From: a virus
Direction: 5' to 3' (one strand)
DNA length: 64,000 bases
IMG/VR virus record: IMGVR_UViG_3300049571_000380
Location: 1 to 64,000 of that record
Position numbers and translations under genes: made by a program. The notes beneath the pieces were generated by a model. The model saw only the letters and a program-made list of their open reading frames with translations. It made no database searches and was not told where the DNA came from. This document shows positions 54,997 to 63,209 of this stretch, one piece after another (the first letter of the stretch is position 1; every line of letters starts with the position of its first letter).

Positions 54997-55389
54997 ATGA
55001 AGCAGATAGTCAAGGCATTCGCCTCGCGGGGACATGGCTCATGGATCGCCAGCACGCAGGGGCTTCCCGACAACAAGCAGGCGCTCTCGACCGGGAAGAC
55101 CTGGAAGCAGGCCAAGCAGCTTCTTCAGCGGGCGACCGAGATGACCTTGAGGGCCCCATCTGACTCGGTCGTCATCGACCTGAAACTGGAGGACCCCAAC
55201 CTCCAGAAGCTGGTGGATGAGGTTCATCAGCGCAGGACGGCCCTGCGGGAAGCCGAGTTTCACTACGGAGCGGCCATGGGTCTGGCTGCGCGCACCCTCA
55301 CGAAGACGATGACGGTCCGGGATGTTGCGGCGATGCTGGGCTGCTCCCCTCAGCACGTGGCGAAGCTGGCGCAGAAGCCCTCGTCCTGA
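54997..55389 (+). CDS. HicB-like antitoxin with C-terminal HTH
   Basis: SRGHGSWIAS...GKTWKQAKQLL...MTVRDVAAMLGCSPQHVAKL, actinobacterial HicB-HTH architecture. Confidence 0.7.
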   Translation: MKQIVKAFASRGHGSWIASTQGLPDNKQALSTGKTWKQAKQLLQRATEMTLRAPSDSVVIDLKLEDPNLQKLVDEVHQRRTALREAEFHYGAAMGLAARTLTKTMTVRDVAAMLGCSPQHVAKLAQKPSS

Positions 55390-55566
55390 CACGGCGGCGC
55401 GGCAGGGGCTCGCCCGACTCCATCCGCCTCTTGAGGGCGAGCCCGAAGTTCTGCCACAGCTCCCAGCACTTGCAGAACTGGTTGTGGCCCTGTCGGTAGT
55501 GCCGGGACTTCAGTCGCATCTGCTTGCGATAGCGCTTGTTCATCGCGCCCCTCACGTCCTTCCTGG

Positions 55567-56148
55567 GTGGAGCTGTACCATCTTCTCGTGACGACCATCG
55601 GCGAAATCATCTATGACGAGCTGCCCGCTTTCATGGAGCGGACCGGCAAGAAAACTCTCCGAATCCTTGAAGTCGGCGTTCTGCGGAATCTGGACGACGA
55701 CCACCTGAAGGGTGACGGGCATTCGACCCTCGCCTTCGCCCGCCTCCTGAAGGAACACCCGGGAAGCGCGTACGTCGGCATCGATCTGGAGCCGCACGAG
55801 GCACGGCGTGCCGTGGACTCGGAGGGCCTGGGCCACTTCTGCGACTTCTACGCCGGGGACTCCGTGGCCACCATGGAAGAGCTGAAGATCGACGGCGAGA
55901 AGTTCGACGTGATCTACCTCGACGCCGACAACGACGGCGCGGCCACCATGCGGGAGTACCTGCTGGCGCTCGACCTCGTCACCAGTCCGGGCCTGATCAT
56001 GGGTGACGACATGAACACCGACCACCGTGAGGTCCGCAAGGGCCGGGTGCTCATCCCCTACCTGCGGGAGTCCGGCGCCGACTTCAAGCTCCGCAAGCGG
56101 CATACCCCGTGGGACACCCGCGACATCCTCGTCCAGGAGATCTCGTGA
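55567..56148 (+). CDS. class I SAM-dependent methyltransferase (Methyltransf_24-like)
   Basis: ILEVGV, GIDL, GDS, FDVIYLDAD, GLIMGDD. Confidence 0.8.
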   Translation: MELYHLLVTTIGEIIYDELPAFMERTGKKTLRILEVGVLRNLDDDHLKGDGHSTLAFARLLKEHPGSAYVGIDLEPHEARRAVDSEGLGHFCDFYAGDSVATMEELKIDGEKFDVIYLDADNDGAATMREYLLALDLVTSPGLIMGDDMNTDHREVRKGRVLIPYLRESGADFKLRKRHTPWDTRDILVQEIS

Positions 56149-56450
56149 GCAAGGACATCGCTTCCGTCGGCCGCGCCGTGCACTACACCTCGCTGGGGTC
56201 CGCACCGCAGGACGGCGTCCAGCAGTACCCCTCGAAGTGCCGGGCAGCCACCATCACCGAGGTCGTCGATCTGGCAGCGGGCATCGTGCACCTCACGGTC
56301 ATGAACCCGGAGGACTTTCAGTTCGCGAAGGACGTCGCCTTCGACGTCGAGCGACTGGCCCTGAACGGGGAGGCAACCCCGGGCACCTGGCACTGGCCGG
56401 AAAAGCCGGTGGCCCCGCTCGTGAGCGGGGCCGGACCGAAGGAGCTGTGA
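56145..56450 (+). CDS. conserved actinophage hypothetical protein
   Basis: SVGRAVHY...CRAATITEV...GTWHWPE motif. Confidence 0.7.
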   Translation: MSKDIASVGRAVHYTSLGSAPQDGVQQYPSKCRAATITEVVDLAAGIVHLTVMNPEDFQFAKDVAFDVERLALNGEATPGTWHWPEKPVAPLVSGAGPKEL

Positions 56451-56565
56451 TGTGGACGATGACGCGCTGGCGGTGCACCTGCGGGCGGCATCACGCGCCC
56501 TGGTGGAGAACCGTCCAGGCGCCGTCGTGCACGGCCGTGAAGCCGTGGGTGAAGCGGCCGGAGAC

Positions 56566-56790
56566 TCAGAAGGCCACGTAGAGAATCCGGACCCCGTCAC
56601 CGGTCCGCTCGAAGTCCAGCTCCACCCCGCAGGGCAGCTCGACCATGAGCACGTTCATCGACCGGTGGACGGCCGAGGCCGGAACCGAGTCGGCGAACAT
56701 CACCGGGATCTCGGACTCGATCCGGCCACGGATCGCAGGGTCGGAATCCTCCACGGCTCGCCACGCGGCGGCCATCCAGGAGATCCGCAC
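56566..56790 (-). CDS. hypothetical protein
   Basis: 74-aa ORF. Confidence 0.45.
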   Translation of the reverse strand: MRISWMAAAWRAVEDSDPAIRGRIESEIPVMFADSVPASAVHRSMNVLMVELPCGVELDFERTGDGVRILYVAF

Positions 56791-56793
56791 GGC

Positions 56794-57228
56794 TCAGTCG
56801 AACATGGACGGGATCTGGGTGTACTTCACCGGGATCCAGCCCTTGTAAAGGGTGCCGTAGCCGGACTGAGTGACGGTGTTGCCGTCCTGGGACTTGGTGA
56901 GCTGGCGCACGAGGATGAGCGTGCCGTCGCCGTTCTTGCCGTGCTTCTTCTTGCCCAGGTACTCGAACCCGTTCGCCGGGTAGAAGCCGGAGCCGGTCTT
57001 GTTGCCGCCCTCGTCGCGGAAGTCGACACCGACCGCCGGGGTGACGAAAGAGGTGATGCCGGTGGACTTGCCCTGCTCGCCCTTGATCTCGCCGGTCACG
57101 TCGCCGCAGCCGTAGGCGGTCTTCACCTGGCCGGGCTTGCAGGAGTCGGCGGCGGCGGTGCCAGCGAAGGCGAGAGAGCCGGTCAGGGCGACGGCGGCGG
57201 CACCGGCCGCGATGGTCTTCTTGTTCAT
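56794..57228 (-). CDS. secreted protein (signal peptide, SH3b-like C-terminus)
   Basis: MNKKTIAAGAAAVALTGSLAFAGTAAA; KGWIPVKY. Confidence 0.7.
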   Translation of the reverse strand: MNKKTIAAGAAAVALTGSLAFAGTAAADSCKPGQVKTAYGCGDVTGEIKGEQGKSTGITSFVTPAVGVDFRDEGGNKTGSGFYPANGFEYLGKKKHGKNGDGTLILVRQLTKSQDGNTVTQSGYGTLYKGWIPVKYTQIPSMFD

Positions 57229-57280
57229 GCTCTCGGGGTTTCTCTCCGAAGTGGGGGCTTGCTGTATCCATCAGACCACA

Positions 57281-57291
57281 TGACCTAGGCC
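57281..57291 (+). promoter_or_regulatory. TGACCTAGGCC operator-like site (copy 7)
   Basis: exact 11-mer in the divergent intergenic gap between 57228 and 57321. Confidence 0.65.
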
Positions 57292-57320
57292 AAATTCAAG
57301 TTCCACGAAAGCGAGAAGTC

Positions 57321-57512
57321 ATGGATATCGCCCCGGTCAGCACGATCACGATTCCCCGAACCTGCGGAGACGTGCCCTGCGGGCAGTGTGAGCCCTGCCG
57401 CAGGAGGGCGATGCTGAACATGGCATCGTACGCACTGCGGTCGGAAACGGAAGAAGGCGGCCCGAAGGCCGCCCTCTCTGAACTGCTCGAAGCTCTCGGA
57501 CTGCGTGGCTAG
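57321..57512 (+). CDS. small Cys-containing protein
   Basis: CGDVPCGQCEPC. Confidence 0.45.
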   Translation: MDIAPVSTITIPRTCGDVPCGQCEPCRRRAMLNMASYALRSETEEGGPKAALSELLEALGLRG

Positions 57513-57880
57513 CAGCGCGTTCCTTCCTCGGAGAGGGACCGGTTCAGGATCTCCTCGACCTCCAGGCGATCCAGATCACTGAATGCCGGGGCCCGAAGGA
57601 TGACCTTCTCGCACCCCTCACGGCTGGTCCATCCCGTGCGCATGAGGGCAGCGAGACCCGTCAGGGCCTCGGCGATGTCGGTGGCGGTGGACTCCTTGCG
57701 GCGCAGCACGCCCATCACCCGGCGCGCGTACGCCTGGGCGTGGCCGTGACGGACCGATCCGCGCGGGCAGACGTCATGCGTGACGGTCCAGCCGGATGCG
57801 TGCGACCCCTGGACGTTACCCTCTCCGGCTGGCACCCGTCCCTGGCAGACGCCACATGGTTTCGGGTACATATTCCTCAT
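57509..57880 (-). CDS. Zn-ribbon-containing protein
   Basis: YPKPCGVCQGRVPAGEG...VTHDVC. Confidence 0.55.
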   Translation of the reverse strand: MRNMYPKPCGVCQGRVPAGEGNVQGSHASGWTVTHDVCPRGSVRHGHAQAYARRVMGVLRRKESTATDIAEALTGLAALMRTGWTSREGCEKVILRAPAFSDLDRLEVEEILNRSLSEEGTRC

Positions 57881-57949
57881 GTTTTTGAGGATGACACACC
57901 GTGCCGCAAAAGGAAAGTCCGATTGGGGGCGGGAAGTTCAGGGAACTCG

Positions 57950-58117
57950 CTACTCTTCGCGCACTCGCGCTTCCACGGCTGCGGCGGCCGAGTTCCATGC
58001 CTGCTTCAGCCGTTCGTTCTGCTCTTCCCAGGTAGGCATCTTCGCACCCGAGAACGTGGTCCAGCCGACGCTCTCTCCGTACGCCTCGTATGCCACACGT
58101 CCCAGTTCAGCGGCCAC
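57950..58117 (-). CDS. 55-aa conserved phage hypothetical protein
   Basis: read by hand: LGRVAYEAY...MPTWEE...AWNSAAAAV; GAGGAGG RBS. Confidence 0.6.
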   Translation of the reverse strand: MAAELGRVAYEAYGESVGWTTFSGAKMPTWEEQNERLKQAWNSAAAAVEARVREE

Positions 58118-58137
58118 CCTTGCCTCCTCATGAGGAA

Positions 58138-58163
58138 GGGACCCGGCCGATTGGCCGGGTCCC
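58138..58163. terminator. stem-loop
   Basis: GGGACCCGGCC-GATT-GGCCGGGTCCC perfect 11-bp stem. Confidence 0.5.
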
Positions 58164-58288
58164 CGTGAGTCTCAGCCCCAGGAAGTGGAGTCCGCGCTGC
58201 CCAGTGCTGCGCGGGTGGGGCATCACAAGGTTACCGAAAATGTTCCCCGGTGAGGAATGCTGTACGCGTCGCAGCAGAAAGGAACGGC

Positions 58289-60658
58289 ATGTCCTCACAC
58301 GAAGAGCGGATCGCCGCCGAGGCGGAGGCATACTTCCGCAATCAGGCGCGGCAGGCCGGATGGGTCAACGATCCCGTGGGGTGGGCCAGGGATGTTCTCG
58401 GCGTCCATCTGTGGAGCAAGCAGCAGGAAATCTGCTCCTCCCTCATCCGGAACAAGCGCACGGTGGTCGCCTCCTGTCACGGCACCGGCAAGGCGCTCGG
58501 GCTGGACGAGCTGGTCCACACCCCGTCGGGCCCCGTGAGGATGGGGGAGATCACCGAGGGCATGAAGGTGCTCGGGTCCGACGGTTCGCCGGTCGAGGTG
58601 GTGGCCGTCACGGGCGAGCACAAGGCCGAGAGTTACGTCGTCCGTCTGGAGAGGGGCGGCGCTCACGAGGAGATCGTCGCCTCGGCCGATCACCTCTGGC
58701 CGGTGCTCGACCTTCAGGGTCTCGCCGACATCCAGCTCAAGTCCGACCGGGCGGGCGTGCCGGTGGAGACCGGGCTGTGGATGCACAAGGCGAAGACCAT
58801 GACCACCAAGCAGATCGCCAAGCTGCGGCCCGGCATGGTCGTCGTCCCCGGCCGTTCTCCGGAGATCCTTCCCCGGGGTCTGACGTGGTCGGCAGACGAG
58901 GCGATGCAGACCCTGCTCGCCGAACGCGGCGGACTTGACCCTCACGGGCGTACCGCGCTGCTCTGGAAGACGCGCCAGGGCGAGCCGGAGGAGATCTCCT
59001 CGGTACGGGCCAGGATGCGCGAGGCGGGCATTCAGACGATCTACCGGCGCGAGCGGCAGTACGGCATCACCATGCGGCACCTGGCCCTGATGGGATCTCA
59101 CGCTCCGACGCTTCTGCCGGATGCCAATCAGCGGGCCATCGCCCTGTCGCATCTCCTGCTGACCCAGGGGTCCTGGGGTGACGACGGCTGGCGGATCACG
59201 TCCGTAAAGCCGGTCGGCGAGCGGGACGTGCAGTGCATCCAGGTGGACTCGCCCGACCATCTCTACCTCTGCGGTGAGCGCGGGATCCCCACCCACAACT
59301 CGATGATCGCTTCTGTGCTCGCGTGCTGGTGGGTGTCGACGAAGCCGCCGGGCCAGGCGATCGTCGTCTCGACGGCGCCGACCTATGCCCAAGTCAACAA
59401 GATCCTCTGGGAGGAGATCCGCAAGCACCACTCGAACGCCTCGCGCGGCGAATACCCGATGCCGGGCCGCGTGACCCAGGCGGATGAGTGGAAGCTGGGT
59501 GACGGTCAGGTCGTCGGCTTCGGCCGGAAGCCCGCAAAGGGCGATAGGCACTCTTTTCACGGTATTCACCGAAGGTACGTTTTGGCCCTTTTGGACGAAG
59601 CGTGCGGTATCCCCGAGGAGATCTGGACCGGCGTCGAGGCCATCACCACGAACATCGGCTGCCGGATCCTGGCCATCGGAAACCCCGACGACCGGAACAC
59701 CGACTTCGGCAAGAACTTCATGGAGCAGAAGACCGCGCACCTGTGGAACCGGATCTCGATCCCGGCGTCGAGCACACCGAACTTCACGGGCGAGCCGGTG
59801 CCGAAGCTGCTGAACGAAGTCCTCGTCTCGCGCGACTGGGTGCAGGAGCGCCTGGATGACTGGGGCGAGAAGGACCCGCGCTACATCGCGAAGGTGCTGG
59901 CCAAGTTCCCCGAGCAGAGCATGTCGTCGCTGTTCGCCCCCTCACTGGTGGCCGACGCGGTCGACGAGCCCCCGGCTCCGTCGCTGTACTCGGTGCTGCG
60001 CCTGGGTGTCGACGTCGCGCGCTTCGGCTCCGACAAGACGGTGGTCGCCTCATACTCCGGCGTGACCGCTCAGATCGAGGAGTCCTGGTCCGGGACCGAC
60101 ACGGTGTCCTCGGCCCACAAGGTTCTCCAGATCGCCGAGCGCCTGAAGGAGGAGCGCAAGGCGCCCTGGGTGGAGATCCGGGTCGACGCCGTCGGTCTGG
60201 GTGCCGGTGTCGTCGACACCCTGAACGCCCGAGCGATGCTGCTGCCGGACCCCTGGTTCACGGTCTACGAGATGCACGGATCGGCCGCGCCCCCGGTGAA
60301 TGTCGGCGGCTCGGTCTACGGCTTCTACAACGCGAGGGCGTACTGGTTCGAGCAGGTCCGACAGAAGATGCGCAACGGATCGGTGAAGTTCATCGACCCT
60401 GACGAACTGATCACCGACGACCTGAAGATGGTCTTCTACTCGATCAAGAACGGGCGCCTGCTCATCGCCTCCAAGGAGGACATGCGCAAGGAGTACGGCA
60501 AGTCCCCCGACTACGCCGACGCCATCGCCTACGCGGTCGCCCCGGTGGCCGAGGGTCTTCAGCAGGGAGACGTGCTGACCGAGACGGCCGAGAACATGGC
60601 CGGTGCGCTGGTCGAGGAGAACGAGTACTTCGCCGAGGAGATGATCTCGCCCTACTGA
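58289..60658 (+). CDS. terL: terminase large subunit containing an intein
   Basis: Walker A SCHGTGK|S, Walker B LLDEACG, IGNP, RNase H-like LGVDVARFGSDKT and SPDYADA. Confidence 0.92.
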   Translation: MSSHEERIAAEAEAYFRNQARQAGWVNDPVGWARDVLGVHLWSKQQEICSSLIRNKRTVVASCHGTGKALGLDELVHTPSGPVRMGEITEGMKVLGSDGSPVEVVAVTGEHKAESYVVRLERGGAHEEIVASADHLWPVLDLQGLADIQLKSDRAGVPVETGLWMHKAKTMTTKQIAKLRPGMVVVPGRSPEILPRGLTWSADEAMQTLLAERGGLDPHGRTALLWKTRQGEPEEISSVRARMREAGIQTIYRRERQYGITMRHLALMGSHAPTLLPDANQRAIALSHLLLTQGSWGDDGWRITSVKPVGERDVQCIQVDSPDHLYLCGERGIPTHNSMIASVLACWWVSTKPPGQAIVVSTAPTYAQVNKILWEEIRKHHSNASRGEYPMPGRVTQADEWKLGDGQVVGFGRKPAKGDRHSFHGIHRRYVLALLDEACGIPEEIWTGVEAITTNIGCRILAIGNPDDRNTDFGKNFMEQKTAHLWNRISIPASSTPNFTGEPVPKLLNEVLVSRDWVQERLDDWGEKDPRYIAKVLAKFPEQSMSSLFAPSLVADAVDEPPAPSLYSVLRLGVDVARFGSDKTVVASYSGVTAQIEESWSGTDTVSSAHKVLQIAERLKEERKAPWVEIRVDAVGLGAGVVDTLNARAMLLPDPWFTVYEMHGSAAPPVNVGGSVYGFYNARAYWFEQVRQKMRNGSVKFIDPDELITDDLKMVFYSIKNGRLLIASKEDMRKEYGKSPDYADAIAYAVAPVAEGLQQGDVLTETAENMAGALVEENEYFAEEMISPY
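58493..59299 (+). mobile_element. class 3 intein (269 aa) with degenerate LAGLIDADG remnant
   Basis: Ala1 (ALGLDELVHTPSG), block B SADHLW, block F VQCIQVD, block G PTHN/S; WCT triplet. Confidence 0.88.
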
Positions 60659-60721
60659 CGGAACCCTCAAAGTGAGCTGTAGTTCCAGGAGCACCGTGTG
60701 CACGGAACTCAAGGAGGACAA

Positions 60722-61144
60722 GTGGACATCCAGACCTGCCCGCGCCGGATGCGGGAGATGGGCCCCTGGGAGAGGTCGAGCGGCCAGGACGAGTGGCGCG
60801 ACGAGCCCCGCCGGGACGGCGAGGCGGTGCCGTACTGCTCGTTCTGCGGATCTCTGCACCCGGGCAAGTTCCTGGAACTGATCGCCGAGGGGTGGGGGGT
60901 GGGGCCGACCGACAAGAACTACAAGGCGTACCTGCACCCGCCGCGCGGCAAGGACGGCGAACAGTCCCACGAGGTCCGGGCGAAGTTCTACTACCAGCAC
61001 CTGTCGGGCGCCCAGCAGCAGCAGTTCATCGACCTCTACAACCGCCAGGTCATGCAGATCTCCTACCCGGGACACTTCTACGTGCTGCCGTTCTTCATGG
61101 GGATCGCACCGGAGGATCCGGTACCCGGCAACGGATCGGTGTGA
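60722..61144 (+). CDS. conserved actinophage hypothetical protein
   Basis: CPRR...CSFCGSLHP...TDKNYKAY...KFYYQHLS; AAGGAGG RBS. Confidence 0.65.
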   Translation: MDIQTCPRRMREMGPWERSSGQDEWRDEPRRDGEAVPYCSFCGSLHPGKFLELIAEGWGVGPTDKNYKAYLHPPRGKDGEQSHEVRAKFYYQHLSGAQQQQFIDLYNRQVMQISYPGHFYVLPFFMGIAPEDPVPGNGSV

Positions 61145-61392
61145 TGTACGACCACGCCGAAGCAGCCCGCCGCAGGATCATCGCCAGGTCTCGGGATGCC
61201 GGACCTGTGGGCAGGAAGTACGTGGAACTCGCGAACCTCCTTATGACTGGCCCGGATTCACCACTCAGGACCAGCGCCCTGAAGAAGCTGGCCGACTCCT
61301 GCGACAATGCAATCGCCCTGGTGGAAAAGGTCCGCCAATCCCCGGGAAACCCCTCCGCCAGACGCAGGTCGCCAGGTCAATCGAGCAGTTAA
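61144..61392 (+). CDS. Acb2/Tad1-like helical hairpin protein
   Basis: GRKYVELANLLMTGPDSPLRTSALKKLADSCDNAIAL. Confidence 0.45.
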   Translation: MYDHAEAARRRIIARSRDAGPVGRKYVELANLLMTGPDSPLRTSALKKLADSCDNAIALVEKVRQSPGNPSARRRSPGQSSS

Positions 61393-61401
61393 GGTGATCG
61401 C

Positions 61402-63141
61402 ATGCAGATGCCGAAGCCCCTCGAAGAGATGTCTCACACGGAAATCACGACCTTCGTGAGCAACCTCGAAGCGCGCAACGAGGAGCTGATGGGTCTGGTC
61501 TCCGACGAGATGCGGGAGGCCGGTGAATTCGGCCGGGCCCAGCTCGCCCTCGAAGACATCGGATGGCGCCCGCTGATGGGACTCTCCGACAGCGCGAACT
61601 CCTTCACGCTCGACTCCCTGCATCACGCGAGCGAGCTGTGCCGGGCCGTGGCCACCGTGAACCCGCTCGTCGGCCGTGGCCTGCGCGTGCGCACCGGGTA
61701 CGTCTGGGGGTCCGGTGTCTCCGTCGTGCCGAAGGAGTTCATCCAGGGACCGGGACGGCCCAGGACGGTGAACCTGGAGCCCGAGCTTCCCGAGGGGATC
61801 AACGAGGTACTGACCGGCACGCTCGCCCAGCTCGAACTGGAGCGGACTTCCGGCACCGACGGCAACCTCTTCTTCCTCGTGGACCGCCGGACCAAGGAAG
61901 TCTTGCGCGTGCCGTTCGAGGAGATCACGGAAGGCGTCAGTCAGCGCGGCAACCGGGAACGCCTGCTGTACATCCGGCGCACCTGGAACGACTGGGATCT
62001 GGAGCTGGACTTCGAGGCCAACATCGAGCTGAATCCGATCACCGCCCCGAAGGCGGCAGCGCGCGGGCGCACCTGGATGAAGGCCGACCGGGACAGCCCG
62101 TCAGGGGGATCCACCCGGGCCGGGTTCTCCTTCCGCGACGTCTGGTACCCGACACCCGCTGGAATCCGGGCGCTCGGCCGCAACCGGGGTGCCGCGCAGA
62201 TCGCGGGCGACAAGGTGGACCACACGAAGGTGCTCGTCCACGTTCCCTTCAACCGGCTCACCGGGTGGCGCTGGGGAATCCCCGACGTGCTGCCCGCCGT
62301 CTGGTGGACGAAGGCATACAAGGAATACCTGGAGAACTGCGCCACGCTCACCAAGGCGTACGCCAGGTTCGCCTGGAAGGTGACATCGGACCGGTCGCGA
62401 TCCGTCCGCCGTACCGCCGCTGCGATGGCCCAGGCTCCGCGAACCGACCCTTCCACCGGTCAGCCGCTGAACGTCGGCGCCTCGGCCGTACTGGGGGCGG
62501 GTCAGGATCTGTCGGCCGTCGGCGGCAATACAAAGGTGGACTTCGACGCCGGTCGCCCGCTGGCCGCGATGATCGCAGCCGCTCTCGACGTTCCCCTTCC
62601 GGCCCTTCTGGAGGATCCCTCGATCGCGAACAACGCGGCGGCCACCTCTCTGGACACCTCCACGATTCTCGTGATGCAGGCCCGGCAGAAGGTCATGGAC
62701 GACATGTTCCGCGAGATCTTCAAGACGCTGGGCCTGAAGGTCCGCCTCCGGTGGCCCGAGATCTCCGAGGAGCCGGTTCACCGTCGGCTCCAGGCGCTCG
62801 ACATGGCGATCCGCCTCGGCCTCTTCTCGGCCGACGAGGCGCGGGCCATGGTTGTCGATGCGTGGGGCGACAAGTGGGAGGACTTCGGCCGCGAGGCGCC
62901 CGATGTTGAGGAACTTCCCTACGTCGCTGGCGGAGGCGGCCAGGGTGAACCTCCGAAGACGGAGGACTCTAATTCCTCGGAAACCCCCGGTAATTCCGAA
63001 GAAACTGGAACCTCCGGTACGGGAGGCCCCGGTGCTCCAGCACCCCTGAAGGCAGGAAATTCCCGTTCAACCGACGCCCCGAAGCAGCCTGAACCGATGT
63101 CCTACGCGGACCACGAACTGCGAGACGAATCAACTTCATAG
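61402..63141 (+). CDS. portal protein
   Basis: follows TerL; NPLVGRGLRVRTGYVWG, DGNLF, N...GWRWGIPDV..A..W.KAYKEYL. Confidence 0.88.
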   Translation: MQMPKPLEEMSHTEITTFVSNLEARNEELMGLVSDEMREAGEFGRAQLALEDIGWRPLMGLSDSANSFTLDSLHHASELCRAVATVNPLVGRGLRVRTGYVWGSGVSVVPKEFIQGPGRPRTVNLEPELPEGINEVLTGTLAQLELERTSGTDGNLFFLVDRRTKEVLRVPFEEITEGVSQRGNRERLLYIRRTWNDWDLELDFEANIELNPITAPKAAARGRTWMKADRDSPSGGSTRAGFSFRDVWYPTPAGIRALGRNRGAAQIAGDKVDHTKVLVHVPFNRLTGWRWGIPDVLPAVWWTKAYKEYLENCATLTKAYARFAWKVTSDRSRSVRRTAAAMAQAPRTDPSTGQPLNVGASAVLGAGQDLSAVGGNTKVDFDAGRPLAAMIAAALDVPLPALLEDPSIANNAAATSLDTSTILVMQARQKVMDDMFREIFKTLGLKVRLRWPEISEEPVHRRLQALDMAIRLGLFSADEARAMVVDAWGDKWEDFGREAPDVEELPYVAGGGGQGEPPKTEDSNSSETPGNSEETGTSGTGGPGAPAPLKAGNSRSTDAPKQPEPMSYADHELRDESTS

Positions 63142-63209
63142 CATCCTGCCGAGACTTTTGGCCTCGGATGCTATTACGCTGTGCTCGTCGATGATCAGTG
63201 AGGGGGCTC

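Noticed and set aside
55298-55610. Minus-strand ORFs next to the HicB-like gene considered as a HicA toxin
   Set aside because: Convergent and overlapping; no HicA dsRBD-like GSH motif; low-complexity translation
1985-58117. Genome-wide TAG reassignment
   Set aside because: Several clear genes end normally in TAG (1985, 53876-54022, 57950), only one internal TAG was found, and no suppressor tRNA was seen
58295-59740. 481-aa minus-strand ORF
   Set aside because: Antisense shadow of terL and its intein
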